Below, one piece after another: positions 1-10,072 of a stretch of DNA of 64,000 nucleotides. The notes beneath the pieces were generated by a model. It worked only from the letters and a program-made list of their open reading frames with translations. It did not search any database and was not told the DNA's origin. The stretch comes from Planctomycetota bacterium. GTDB lineage: Bacteria; Planctomycetota; UBA1135; UBA2386. How positions within the stretch are numbered: the stretch's first letter is position 1; the number at the start of each line of letters is the position of its first letter. A program made the position numbers and the translations under genes. The stretch spans positions 1,600,001-1,664,000 of the forward strand of contig JBKAGP010000001.1 in the NCBI GenBank assembly GCA_046290465.1, read 5' to 3'.

Positions 1-2
1 GC

Positions 3-488
3 ACCATCGCACTCGACTTCCCGCTCGACGCGCGGGTTGCCGGCGTAGTCGAGGGTGAAGCGATCACCGATGAGACCGCCAACCCGTATGGCGGCACGAT
101 CGCCCCGGACCTCGCATTGCTGCGCAGCTTCGTCAACCCGACGCCGGACCTGTTCACATGGCTCGACATCCTCAGCGGATCCCCCATTGCCAACCTTCTC
201 GAGAAGCCGAGTGAATGCACGCTGATCTACGGCGGCATGAACGTCGACTGCGTCATGGAGAGCCTCAACATCAAGATCGTCGCGTTCGACGAGGAACACG
301 AGCCTCTGCGCGCCGAAGTCAGCATCACGCTCAAAGAGCAGACGCGGGCGTTCGGGCCGATCATCGAAACAGCGACGCGACTGGGTGGGATCATCCGATC
401 CTACGGCCGCCCTGGGTGGGGCGACGACTACGTCAACGTCATCCCCGGCGTAGGCGCCATCACGAGCCTGGTCAGCATCTTCGAATGA
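3..488 (+). CDS. CIS tube-initiator-like protein (Afp7/Pvc7-like), 5' end outside window
   Basis: Frame open from window start; C-terminal pattern LIYGG..DCVMESLNIKIVAFDEEHEPLRAEVSITLKE is typical of CIS tube/initiator proteins; directly precedes LysM and baseplate genes. Confidence 0.7.
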   Translation, partial: TIALDFPLDARVAGVVEGEAITDETANPYGGTIAPDLALLRSFVNPTPDLFTWLDILSGSPIANLLEKPSECTLIYGGMNVDCVMESLNIKIVAFDEEHEPLRAEVSITLKEQTRAFGPIIETATRLGGIIRSYGRPGWGDDYVNVIPGVGAITSLVSIFE

Positions 489-504
489 ACAGGAGGGTTC
501 CCTA

Positions 505-819
505 GTGCCACTCGATCCCCGATCCCGATACCAAGGCCTGGACACCTACGAAGTCTCGATGGCGGATGAATCCGTCCGTCCGAGCGTGCCGATTCGGCGC
601 TCGCCCGCTGCATCGCCCGAACGTGCGCTCGAGCACGTGGTGATCGGCGGCGAAGACCTCGAGTACTTGGCCTGGCGCTACTACGGCGACAGCCGCCAGT
701 GGTGGCGGATCGCCGACGCCAATGGCCTGCAGTTCCCCACCGACGTCCGGTCCGGCACCACGGTCCGGATTCCGGGGCGCAGCGGCATCGGCGGGATCGT
801 TCGCACGAGGAAGTTCTGA
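505..819 (+). CDS. LysM / phage tail protein X-like baseplate protein
   Basis: EHVVIGGEDLEYLAWRYYGDSRQWWRIADAN...TVRIP motif. Confidence 0.85.
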   Translation: MPLDPRSRYQGLDTYEVSMADESVRPSVPIRRSPAASPERALEHVVIGGEDLEYLAWRYYGDSRQWWRIADANGLQFPTDVRSGTTVRIPGRSGIGGIVRTRKF

Positions 820-1940
820 TGGTCGACGAGTACGAACCGTTCACGCAGGTATCGATCGAAGGCGTCGACGTCTCGAGCAACGTCGTCGAGGTCGATATCG
901 AAGATCACGACGGGCTGATCGACAAGGTCGAGATCGTGCTGCTCGATCCCGGCGAGTTCACCAGTGAACTGCCGCGAGAAGGGCAGCGGGTGGTCGTGGA
1001 TCTGGGCTGGCAGGAGGAGCACGCAGTGCTCTTCGAAGGTGTCGTCTCGGAGGCATGCGTGCGCGCCCGCGGTGCCGGCCAGCAACAGGTTCAGTTGACG
1101 GCCTACGATCTCAGCTACCTGCTCAAGCGCCGCACTCCCACCCCCACCAACCACGTCGGCCCGCTGAGCACGATTCTGCGCGAGATCGTCGAACGGGACC
1201 CGAGCACCGGCATCGTGGTCGGCCAGATCGAGCCCGATCCGGATCCCGAGTTCGATGATCGACAACCGCTGCGGCAGACAGGGCAGAGCGATTGGGACCT
1301 GATCGCCGAGATGGCCGCTCGTTACCGCAGCCGCGCCTTCGTCGAGTACAACGAAGGCGCCAGCCGGTTCTACTTCCTGCCGGTCGCACGGCTCGTCGGG
1401 GTCGATCCTGTCGGCCGGCTGTCTTACTGCGGCAACAGTGGTCGTTTGATCGAGTTCGAATACGAACGCGTCGCATCGACGGCCGACCCGCAGCGCACCG
1501 CCGTCATCAGCGATCCCACGACTGGATCGACGCTGACCGAAGCCGCCGGCGAGCGCGCCGACGAACAGCCCGCCGAACTGTCGAGCCAGGCCATCGACGA
1601 GGGCGGCGACATGCTCAGCCAGGCGCTCGACACGACGTCACAGGCCGTGAACACCCCGACCCAGCAACGGCCGGCCGGCCTCGTCCAGGGGCTGCCGTCG
1701 GATCCCGGCCTCGCGACAAGTCTGGCGGTCGACGACGCCAGCCGCCTGCACGGCCTCCGTGGTCGCGGCAGAGCGGTCGGCTCGGTGTTGCTGCGCGCCA
1801 AGAGCATCGTCGAGATCGAAGGCGTGGCGAGCTGGGCCAGCGGCCCGTGGTACGTCCGGCAGGTCAACCACGTCGTGGCCAGGCCCGGTTCGAGACGCGA
1901 CCACACTACGTACCGCTGCATGTTCGAGGTAACGCGATGA
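819..1940 (+). CDS. Baseplate hub (phage late control D / gp27-like)
   Basis: ATG at 819 overlaps previous TGA; LFEGVV, QTGQSDWDLIAEMAARY, SGPWYVRQVNH motifs. Confidence 0.85.
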   Translation: MVDEYEPFTQVSIEGVDVSSNVVEVDIEDHDGLIDKVEIVLLDPGEFTSELPREGQRVVVDLGWQEEHAVLFEGVVSEACVRARGAGQQQVQLTAYDLSYLLKRRTPTPTNHVGPLSTILREIVERDPSTGIVVGQIEPDPDPEFDDRQPLRQTGQSDWDLIAEMAARYRSRAFVEYNEGASRFYFLPVARLVGVDPVGRLSYCGNSGRLIEFEYERVASTADPQRTAVISDPTTGSTLTEAAGERADEQPAELSSQAIDEGGDMLSQALDTTSQAVNTPTQQRPAGLVQGLPSDPGLATSLAVDDASRLHGLRGRGRAVGSVLLRAKSIVEIEGVASWASGPWYVRQVNHVVARPGSRRDHTTYRCMFEVTR

Positions 1941-2740
1941 TCCCGAGCGAACTCAGACGACACGTCGGCAAGTACTACGGCAAGTACAGCGGCGAGGTTA
2001 CGGACAACGAAGACGAAGGCCAGCGCGGCCTCATCCGCGTGAAGGTGCCGGCCGTCTTCGGCGACGAACTCGTCGCAACGGCCCGGCCTTGCCTGCCGAC
2101 CGCGCACTTCTTCGTGCCGGACGTGGGAGCACGCGTCTGGGTCGAGTTCGAAGCCGGCGATCCACGCCATCCGATCTGGGTCGGCACCTGGTACGCAGAG
2201 GACGAGCCTCCGGAGGAAAGCCGGCTGACGCCACCGAGCAACCGCGTGATCCACACGAACGCCGGCCACACGATCGAGATCTCCGACGAAGCCGGCGAGG
2301 AAAAGATCACCATCAAGCACAAGGAGAACGCCTTCTTGTCGATCGACCCGAACGGCAGCGTGACGATCTCCGACAGCGGCGGCTCGCACATCTACCTCAA
2401 CGCTGATGCGGCGGAGGCAACGATGATGAGCCAGCACGGCCACCTGGTCACGATGACCGACGGCGGGCTTGCGCTCGTCAACAAGGACGGCTCCGCCTTC
2501 GACCTGCAGGGTGACGTAGCCAGGATCACCGCGTCGAACATCGTGCTCGACGGCCAGAACGTCGCCATCGGCAACGGCGCCGGCCCGACCGACCAGGTCG
2601 TCAAGGCAACTCCGTTCAGCCAACTCTGGCAGATGTTCCTGACGCACACCCACGCGACCGCCATGGGACCGAGCGGCCCACCGCTGCCGCCGGTGCCCAT
2701 GGTCCCCGCCCAGCATTACTCCTCGGTGATGGTCAAGTGA
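1937..2740 (+). CDS. Baseplate spike (gpV/gp5-like) with C-terminal HxH apex motif
   Basis: YGKYSGEVTDNED..GLIRVKVP, FFVPDVGARVWVEFEAGDPRHPIWVG, terminal THTHATAMGPSGPP; ATGA overlap. Confidence 0.9.
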   Translation: MIPSELRRHVGKYYGKYSGEVTDNEDEGQRGLIRVKVPAVFGDELVATARPCLPTAHFFVPDVGARVWVEFEAGDPRHPIWVGTWYAEDEPPEESRLTPPSNRVIHTNAGHTIEISDEAGEEKITIKHKENAFLSIDPNGSVTISDSGGSHIYLNADAAEATMMSQHGHLVTMTDGGLALVNKDGSAFDLQGDVARITASNIVLDGQNVAIGNGAGPTDQVVKATPFSQLWQMFLTHTHATAMGPSGPPLPPVPMVPAQHYSSVMVK

Positions 2741-2800
2741 TCGCGATGCATCTCCATCCTTCGTCAACGAGCAGATCCGCGTTCTCGGATCTTCCAACGC

Positions 2801-3154
2801 ATGAGCAAGTGCAGCTTCCCGCCACTCCCGTCGCTAGCGATCCCGCTGCCGCCGATCCCCGGGCTTCCCTCGCTGCCAGCGCTGCCGTCACCGCCAGCCC
2901 TGCCGGCCCTGCCCGAACTGCCGTCACCGCCGCCGCTGCCAACCCTCGCGATTCCCGTGCCGCCGATCCCGGGGCTGCCTTCGCTGCCGGCCTTGCCGTC
3001 CCCGCCGGCACTTCCCGCCCTACCCGACCTGCCATCGCTCCCCCCTCTGCCGACGCCCGCGATCCCGCTGCCGCCGATCCCCGGCCTGCCATCGCTGCCT
3101 TCGCTACCGGCGCTACCTGCCCTGCCAGCGCTGCCGGCGTGTCCGCTCGACTGA
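2801..3154 (+). CDS. Pro/Leu-rich repeat protein (6 aa + 3 x 37 aa) with one Cys near each end
   Basis: ATG start, co-oriented in operon; repeat copies differ largely at third codon positions in this frame. Confidence 0.6.
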   Translation: MSKCSFPPLPSLAIPLPPIPGLPSLPALPSPPALPALPELPSPPPLPTLAIPVPPIPGLPSLPALPSPPALPALPDLPSLPPLPTPAIPLPPIPGLPSLPSLPALPALPALPACPLD

Positions 3155-3197
3155 GACGCGTACGCGCCGCCGCGCCGCGACTCCACGGAGGTCGATC

Positions 3198-3446
3198 ATG
3201 GCACTAGATATCGCCGCGATGCAGTCCACCCTGGAGGCGGCTCTCAAGACCAACTTCGAGAAGGCCGTCGAGGAGGAGTGGGACCGGGACCGGTCGGCGC
3301 AGGAACTCGCTGCGGCCATCGCAACCGCCGTCGATGCCTATGTGCGCGCGGCCGTTGTGAGCGGCGTTCGCACCGAGGTCCTGGACGTTCCCGGAACCAC
3401 CGTGATCGGCAGCGGAACCCAGGCGGGCTCCGTGTCCCTGAGTTGA
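3198..3446 (+). CDS. Small helical CIS-associated hypothetical protein
   Basis: GGAGG upstream; LAAAIATAVDAYVRAA segment; sits between spike and gp25. Confidence 0.7.
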   Translation: MALDIAAMQSTLEAALKTNFEKAVEEEWDRDRSAQELAAAIATAVDAYVRAAVVSGVRTEVLDVPGTTVIGSGTQAGSVSLS

Positions 3447-3458
3447 GGAGCCATCGAG

Positions 3459-3827
3459 ATGACCGACCCAATCAAAGGCCTGTCGCTGCCGTTTCGCATC
3501 GATCCGGCATCTGGCGGTGTGCAGTCCGCGACCGGGGACCAGAAGATCAAGATGAACCTGCGCTCGCTCCTCGGCACCCGACACGGTGAACGTCCGATGC
3601 TGCGCGACTTCGGGTCGCGCATCCACTCCCTCGTGCACGAGCTCAACGACCCGGCCCTGGCTCGTTCGATCACCAAGCACCTGCAGGAGTCCCTGCTCGG
3701 TTGGGAACGCCGTGTCTTCGTCACCGACACGGCCACGCAGTCCATTGAAGGGCAGCTGCACGTCGTCCTGCGCTACCGCTACGTCGACACCCAGGAAGAA
3801 CAGGAGGTGGCCATTCCGGTGGCCTGA
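3459..3827 (+). CDS. GPW/gp25 family baseplate protein
   Basis: GLSLPF..LLGTRHGERPMLRDFGS..WERRV motifs; GAGGAG upstream. Confidence 0.9.
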   Translation: MTDPIKGLSLPFRIDPASGGVQSATGDQKIKMNLRSLLGTRHGERPMLRDFGSRIHSLVHELNDPALARSITKHLQESLLGWERRVFVTDTATQSIEGQLHVVLRYRYVDTQEEQEVAIPVA

Positions 3828-3832
3828 GAGCG

Positions 3833-5437
3833 ATGAGCGACCATTTGGCGATCGACTACACAAACAAGGACTACAGCTCGCTGCGCGCCGCGCTGCTGCG
3901 TCTGGCTCGCTATCGACTGCCGGAATGGACAGACCACAGCCCAGCCGACCTCGGTGTCGTGCTGGTCGACCTGTTCGCCTACATGGGCGACGTGATCCTC
4001 TACTACCAAGACCGGATCGCGAACGAGAGTTTCCTGGCGACCGCACAGGAACGCGCCAGCGTGATGCACCTGCTGCGCCAGATCGGCTACGAGATGAAAC
4101 GCCCGGTCCCGGCGACCACCGAGCTCGAGTTGACGTTCACTCCGCCAGGCGGGCCGGCGGTCGTGGCCATCCCGCACGGCACGGCGTTCCGGGCGACGCA
4201 ACCGAGCGACGCCCGCCCCTACTTCGAATACATGGGACCGGACCTCACGGTCGACCTCAACAGCGACCAGGTCCGCCCTCAGGACGGTAGCGCGAACGTC
4301 ACCTACGCACTCCCCGTACACCAGAGTCGCACCGTCCCGACCGAGGTCCTCGGGAGCTCGACCGGCGAAGCGAACCAGCGCTTCCGCCTCACCCAGGCCC
4401 CCGCGATCCTCGAAAGCATCGCCGTCGAAGTCGATGAAGGTGCTGGCTGGGTGCGATGGGATCGTCGCGAGAGCCTGCTCTATCAGGTCGATCGCGACGG
4501 TCGCGTGGCCGTCTCCGCTGCCGATGCTCGCGACTGCTACTGCCAGTACGACGAAGACGGCAACGCGTGGGTGCACTTCGGCGATGGCGAGTACGGTCGC
4601 CGCCCACCGCTTGGCACGAACAACATCCGGGTCACTTATCGCGTCGGTGGCGGGTCCGTAGGCAACGTCCCCCCCGGCAGCATCACCGAGTCCGTGGCCG
4701 CGATCGCCAACCTGACCGCCGTGAGCAACCCGCTTTCGGCCGCGGGCGGCGAGGACGAGCAGAGCACCGCGGATGCGGCGCGGCTGGGGCCGCAGGTGTT
4801 CCGATCCACGGAGCGGGCGGTGACCGTGCAGGACTACGTCGCCCTGGCCTACCAGGCTGGCGGCGTCGAGAAGGCCCGCGCCCGCGCCCTCGGTTGGAAC
4901 CGCATCCAGCTCTACGTTGCGGCCACGGGCTCGAGCTGCGGCCCCGTTCCGGAGGGTCTGCGGCGCCAGTTGCTGGCCTGGTTCGAAGATCGTCGCATGG
5001 CGGGCACGTTCGTCGAGATCATGGATCCGACGTGCGTAGCCATCGACGTGACCATCGCAGTGACGATCGACCCGCACTTCCAACCCGAGTCGGTCCGGCA
5101 GCAGGTCGCGGATGCCGCGCACGCGATCCTCGCCTACGCCAACACGAGCTTCGGCCAGGTCCTCAGCCAGGCCGAACCACTGGCCGCCGCCAGAGCCGTC
5201 GCCGGGGTAGTGGCCGCGGACATCCTCCACTTCCGCCGCAACGACGAAGCCATCGACCAGCGGCAGTGGGACGATCGGCTCAGCGACGCATCTCTGCCCG
5301 AGTTCTCGGGGCTTCCGGACTTCTTGCAGGAGGCCTTGTTGAGCCAGCGGCGAACGAACGAGCGCATCGAACTCGGTGAGTTCGAGATCCCGGTTAGCGG
5401 AACCATCGAGGTCGAGGTCGAAGTGAAGCAGCCGTGA
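3833..5437 (+). CDS. Baseplate J/gp47-like wedge protein (Afp11-like)
   Basis: IDYTNKDYSSLR, PEWTDHSPADLGVVLV, FLATAQERASV, FGDGEYGRRP, RAVTVQDY. Confidence 0.92.
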   Translation: MSDHLAIDYTNKDYSSLRAALLRLARYRLPEWTDHSPADLGVVLVDLFAYMGDVILYYQDRIANESFLATAQERASVMHLLRQIGYEMKRPVPATTELELTFTPPGGPAVVAIPHGTAFRATQPSDARPYFEYMGPDLTVDLNSDQVRPQDGSANVTYALPVHQSRTVPTEVLGSSTGEANQRFRLTQAPAILESIAVEVDEGAGWVRWDRRESLLYQVDRDGRVAVSAADARDCYCQYDEDGNAWVHFGDGEYGRRPPLGTNNIRVTYRVGGGSVGNVPPGSITESVAAIANLTAVSNPLSAAGGEDEQSTADAARLGPQVFRSTERAVTVQDYVALAYQAGGVEKARARALGWNRIQLYVAATGSSCGPVPEGLRRQLLAWFEDRRMAGTFVEIMDPTCVAIDVTIAVTIDPHFQPESVRQQVADAAHAILAYANTSFGQVLSQAEPLAAARAVAGVVAADILHFRRNDEAIDQRQWDDRLSDASLPEFSGLPDFLQEALLSQRRTNERIELGEFEIPVSGTIEVEVEVKQP

Positions 5438-8400
5438 GGATCATCGACTTCCAAGCCGAGCCCGACATCGTGGGCCGCCGCGTGCGCATCAGCTGGACGT
5501 TCGTCCCCGAGGCGGGAGAGTCCATAGCAGATGCGCCGCAGGTACGGCTGCGGCGCAAACTCCACGACTTCGACTTCCCGACCATGCCGCCACCCGATCC
5601 GTGGCTGGTGTTCGACAGCGCCGCATTCCCGCCGGCTCCGGTGCCGGGCGCCATCCGCGTCACCTCCCTGCCGCGGTTGGAGGACCGGGATGGCGCGGAG
5701 CGCGAGGTCGCGGTTCCCGTATCCGTCGCGGTCCCCGTGGCGGGAACCGATCGCTGGCTCGAGGTCGCCCGGCGCACGATCGTCACCCGCTACGGCGCCG
5801 ACGGGTTGCCTGTCTGGCGGCGCATCGAAGTGCTCGACAACGGCCCCGAGCCGTTCAGCCTGCAACCGGGCACCACGTACTACTACCAGCTCACCGGCAA
5901 CCTCGGGAGCACACCTGCCAAAGACGTTCGAGACACCGCCGCAGTCGGCGAAGGGCATGCACTGGGCCGCATGCTCTACGACCGGCTGCCGCAGGTCCTG
6001 AAGCACGGCGACACGGCGCAACGACCCGATGCCTCCGGCACCGACACGGTCCCCGAGATGTCGCGCGGCCAAGGCCAGCTCCGTCGCTTTCTGGACAATT
6101 TCGGCGCGGGTCTCGACTCGATGCGATCGAGCGCCGACCACCTCGGCAGTCTCAAGCAGATCGACGACGTCGACGCGCGCTTCCTCGGTGCGATGGGTCG
6201 CTCGATCGGCTGGACGTTCGACCGCCGCGACGACATCCCGCTGCATCGCAATGAGCTCAAGAACGCCGTGCGGCTGTATCGCCGTGTCGGCTCGATCCCG
6301 GGCATGCGCGCGATCATCGAGCGCTATGCCGGCTGGAGCAGCCGGGCCAGCGAGTTCGCCCAGCAGGTCTGGCGCGCGAACAACGGCGCGAGCTACCACG
6401 TCCTGGCGTCCTGGCAGGTCGGCGGCGAATGGCAGGCGATCGACGCCGTCGCCACCCAGCTGGGTTTCGGCCCTGGCAACCGGACCGCGCTCGGCGCACC
6501 TGGCGCCGCCGCGACGCTCACCGGAACCGTGCTCGAACCGTTCGCACTGCCGCCGTCCGCAACGCTCGCGCTGGCGACGGACGGGCGCCCGACGCGCGCG
6601 GTCCGATTCACCGACAGCGACTTCGTGAATCCCGGTGCCACGACCGCTGCCGAACTTGCCGCCGTGCTCGATCGGCGGCTGCCAGACGTCATCGTGCGAG
6701 CCAACGCAGGAGCTCTCGAGATCGCCACCCGCCGGATCGGCATCGAGGCGCGGCTCGACGTCCGAGTCGAAGCTGCGGCACCGGTCAGCATCGCGGACGG
6801 CCCCGCGGAACGCCCTGCCACCTTCGTCGACCGCAACGGGCGCCTGCGAATCTTCGCGACGGCGGCCGTGGCGGACGAAACGGAGGGCATCGGGCAACAT
6901 GCGATCGCGGCCAGCCAGCGGCAAAGGGTGCGGATACTCTGCCACGCACATCGCGACTGGTGGGACGAGCAGGTGGTGGCCGGCGTGCCCGGACGGGGAC
7001 AGGCCTGCCCAGCCGCGGTGGAACTGCCCGACGGCAGGCTTTGGCTGGTGTGGGTCGACGCCGACGCGGACGACTCGCGGCTACGCGGCCAGCTCGGCGT
7101 CGACGCCCCGCAGCTGCCACCCAGGATCTCAGGCCAGCTGCAGGAACCGTTCGAACTCGCGGTCGGGAGCAGTCTGCGCATCGAGGGATCACTGCCGGTG
7201 GAGACCTATACGGTGCTGGCCGCCGACTTCGTCGACCCGACGCAGGCGACCGCTGTCGAGGTCGTCGCGGCGATGAACGCCCAGCTCGCCACGGTCACCG
7301 CCAGCGTGCAACCAGACGGCTCGATCGCGCTCCTCGGAACTGACGCCGGCCCGGATGCATGGCGAGGGATCGACCTTTCGCAGTCGACCTGTGCACGCGT
7401 GCTGGGACTCGCCGAGCCGGACCGCGCGGCGCAGGGGAGCTGGAGCCACGAGCCTCTGTGGTCCACGCCTTTCTTCGTCGCGGGATCGAACGCCCGGAGC
7501 CAGGCGGACTGCCACGCAGTGGTCGACCCGGCCGGCGGGGTACGCCTGTTCCGCAGCCGTCACCGGGATCGCCGCTGGCACGTCTGTGCCACCCACTGGG
7601 ACGATCGCCGCCTGTTGGTGACCGACAGCGGACTGGGCACCAACGCGGCGGGAGCCGGCTGGACCGCCGAGACGATCGCCGACGGCATGCCGAGCGACGA
7701 CTGCCGCGCCGTGGCGGTCGACTGCGACGGCGACGTCTGGGTCGCAACCGCAGCCGGTGTCGGTCGCCGCCGCCCCGATGGCACCTGGACCACGATCGAC
7801 CTCGGCTCGGGACTCGCGAGCGATGATCTGAGAGACTGCGCGTTCGACGCGAGCGGCGCCATCTGGCTCGCCGGCGCGATGGGCGCCGACCGGATCGACA
7901 CGGCCGGAGCGATCACCAACTTCGCATTGCCGGACGGCCTGCCGAGCCTCGACTGTCGCGCGATCGCCGTCGACTCCGAAGACCGAGTCTGGATCGCGAC
8001 GGCAGCGGGCCTGGCCACACGCTCGACCGACGGGGCCTGGAGCGTCATCGCGACTCCGGAACTGCCCGGCCTCGACGTCGTGCAGCTGGCGTTCGACGAG
8101 AGCGGCAGCGTCTGGGTCGCAACGACGAACGGCCTGGCCACCCGCGACGTGCGCGGCACTTGGACGCAACCCGAAACCGGCTGGACCGGCGCCGTGCTGC
8201 GCGACGTCGCGGTCGGACCCGATGGTGTGATCTGGGTTACCAGCGACCTGGGCCTGGCACAGCGCGAGACCGACGGTTCGTGGACGCGCTGGGACACCGC
8301 CAGCGGCCTGCCGAGCAACGACTGCCGACGCCTGTCCTTCACCGACGACGGCCAGCTCGAGGTCGCGACTCCCGCCGGACTGGCGGTCCGGACGGCGAAC

Positions 8401-9507
8401 GGCTGGCAGGTCATCAGCTCCGCCAGCGGCTTGCCGAGCGACGACGTTCGCGGCGCGCACGGCGCCTGGTCCGCACACCGCGAACTCGCGGGCGACGGCA
8501 CGTCCGCGCGGGAGCCGTTCGCCGTGGTCGACGACACCAATCAGGTCTGGCTGCTGTACTCCGAGGCCGAGGCCTTCGGCGACGCAGACGACCGCTGGTC
8601 CCTACGACAACGACGGTTCGACCCGGGGACCCGCGTCTGGAGCGCCGACCAGGCCGTCACGACGCTCCCGGCGGGCACGGTCGCCGACCGCGAACCGACT
8701 GCGTTGGCGCGCCCGGCCAACGGCCCGCTGGTGACGTTCGTCTCGACACGCCAAGGTGGCTCGCACCTGTGGCAGGTCGCGCTCTCCGCGACGGGCACTC
8801 CTGGCGCGCCCGGCCGCATCTTCGCCACATCCGCGCGTTCGCGGCATCCGGCGGCCGTCGCCCTTGCCGACGGAACCAGCTGGATTCTGCAGCGCAGCGA
8901 CACCAGCTTGCCACTCGCGCAGCTCGGTCGACGCAGCACGGCCGACTCCGTCTACTCGGATCTGCCGCGCAGTGAACTGCTTCCCGAAGGGTCAACGCTA
9001 CGGCACTTCGCGGGCACGGCGACGCCGGTACTCGCAGACGTCGACCGCAACGCAATGCATCGCGCCTGGGGCGACCTCGGCGCCTACACCTCCGTCAAAC
9101 CGGACGGCGGCCTCACCGCCCCCTACGAGGCCGACGACTACCACACCCGACACACCGTCGGACTGTACCTGCTCGCGCCGCCCGGCTCCGCCGGCCTGAC
9201 GAAGTCCAACATCGACCGCATGCGGGCACTCCTCGCCGAGGTGATCCCCGTCAACATGCGGGTCGTGTTGATCTTCGTCCCGGGGCTGCACGTCGAGCGG
9301 GTCTACGGCAACGGCATCGAGCCCACCGATGGCTACGCCGACGACTATCCCTTTGTCGACGTCTACGACGGCCCCACGGACACCGATGCCGTGGCCTTCG
9401 TCGACTGGTTCCTGCTGTTTTCCAACACCGCAGGCCACGTATCCGCGGATGCCGTCGATCCGGCGTCCCTGCGTGGTCGCACCTTCCGCCCAGGTCTCGG
9501 TCCATGA
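5434..9507 (+). CDS. Large baseplate/tail protein: FN3-like N-terminus, P2 gpI-like domain, beta-propeller repeats
   Basis: LYDRLP..LRRFL..RFLGAMGRSIGW..AVRLYRRVGS (gpI-like); repeated GLPSxDxRAIAVD..VWVAT propeller blades; GTGA overlap with baseplate J. Confidence 0.8.
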   Translation: MRIIDFQAEPDIVGRRVRISWTFVPEAGESIADAPQVRLRRKLHDFDFPTMPPPDPWLVFDSAAFPPAPVPGAIRVTSLPRLEDRDGAEREVAVPVSVAVPVAGTDRWLEVARRTIVTRYGADGLPVWRRIEVLDNGPEPFSLQPGTTYYYQLTGNLGSTPAKDVRDTAAVGEGHALGRMLYDRLPQVLKHGDTAQRPDASGTDTVPEMSRGQGQLRRFLDNFGAGLDSMRSSADHLGSLKQIDDVDARFLGAMGRSIGWTFDRRDDIPLHRNELKNAVRLYRRVGSIPGMRAIIERYAGWSSRASEFAQQVWRANNGASYHVLASWQVGGEWQAIDAVATQLGFGPGNRTALGAPGAAATLTGTVLEPFALPPSATLALATDGRPTRAVRFTDSDFVNPGATTAAELAAVLDRRLPDVIVRANAGALEIATRRIGIEARLDVRVEAAAPVSIADGPAERPATFVDRNGRLRIFATAAVADETEGIGQHAIAASQRQRVRILCHAHRDWWDEQVVAGVPGRGQACPAAVELPDGRLWLVWVDADADDSRLRGQLGVDAPQLPPRISGQLQEPFELAVGSSLRIEGSLPVETYTVLAADFVDPTQATAVEVVAAMNAQLATVTASVQPDGSIALLGTDAGPDAWRGIDLSQSTCARVLGLAEPDRAAQGSWSHEPLWSTPFFVAGSNARSQADCHAVVDPAGGVRLFRSRHRDRRWHVCATHWDDRRLLVTDSGLGTNAAGAGWTAETIADGMPSDDCRAVAVDCDGDVWVATAAGVGRRRPDGTWTTIDLGSGLASDDLRDCAFDASGAIWLAGAMGADRIDTAGAITNFALPDGLPSLDCRAIAVDSEDRVWIATAAGLATRSTDGAWSVIATPELPGLDVVQLAFDESGSVWVATTNGLATRDVRGTWTQPETGWTGAVLRDVAVGPDGVIWVTSDLGLAQRETDGSWTRWDTASGLPSNDCRRLSFTDDGQLEVATPAGLAVRTANGWQVISSASGLPSDDVRGAHGAWSAHRELAGDGTSAREPFAVVDDTNQVWLLYSEAEAFGDADDRWSLRQRRFDPGTRVWSADQAVTTLPAGTVADREPTALARPANGPLVTFVSTRQGGSHLWQVALSATGTPGAPGRIFATSARSRHPAAVALADGTSWILQRSDTSLPLAQLGRRSTADSVYSDLPRSELLPEGSTLRHFAGTATPVLADVDRNAMHRAWGDLGAYTSVKPDGGLTAPYEADDYHTRHTVGLYLLAPPGSAGLTKSNIDRMRALLAEVIPVNMRVVLIFVPGLHVERVYGNGIEPTDGYADDYPFVDVYDGPTDTDAVAFVDWFLLFSNTAGHVSADAVDPASLRGRTFRPGLGP

Positions 9508-10052
9508 TCCATCCCAGCGAGCAGCCGACATCCGGACTGCGTGGCAGCTACCGCGACATCCTCCGTGCCCCAGACGGACGCCCCATCTACGAAAGACCGT
9601 GGCGCCCCAACGCGATCGTGGCGGACTGTCGCCGCGTGCTGTCCGCCTTCGTCAACGGCACCGGCCCGGCTGCCCAAGGCATCCAAGGCCTGTGGATCGG
9701 GGCTGGCCTCGATGCCTGGGACAGCGTGCCCCCACCTCCGCCCACGGGCACCGAGACCGTGCTCGTCGACCCGAACCCGTTCCTAGTTCCGGTGGCCGCG
9801 ATGACCCTCGAGTTCCTGTCGCCGACCAACACGGTGTCGGCAACGCCAACGAACCGTCTGCAGATCTCGATCCCGATCGGACCGGGCCAGCCACCCTGGC
9901 CCGACGGCAACCACGCGACCGGCAATCTACGCGAGTTCGGCCTCGCAGCGCAGCTCGGCGGCAACCTCGTGCTCCTCAACTACGTCATCCACCCCGTCAT
10001 CGCCAAGGACCCCGCGAGCACGCTCGATCGGACGATCTGGCTGGAGTTCTGA
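9504..10052 (+). CDS. Putative tail-collar/fibre-associated protein
   Basis: GNLREFGL...HPVIAKD pattern resembling tail-collar proteins; ATGA overlap. Confidence 0.55.
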   Translation: MIHPSEQPTSGLRGSYRDILRAPDGRPIYERPWRPNAIVADCRRVLSAFVNGTGPAAQGIQGLWIGAGLDAWDSVPPPPPTGTETVLVDPNPFLVPVAAMTLEFLSPTNTVSATPTNRLQISIPIGPGQPPWPDGNHATGNLREFGLAAQLGGNLVLLNYVIHPVIAKDPASTLDRTIWLEF

Positions 10053-10072
10053 ACCACCTCGCCCCCTTCGTC

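Noticed and set aside
2764..3186. Gly/Ser-rich minus-strand ORF (collagen- or antifreeze-like)
   Set aside because: Mirror of the Pro-rich plus-strand ORF and opposite to the operon direction
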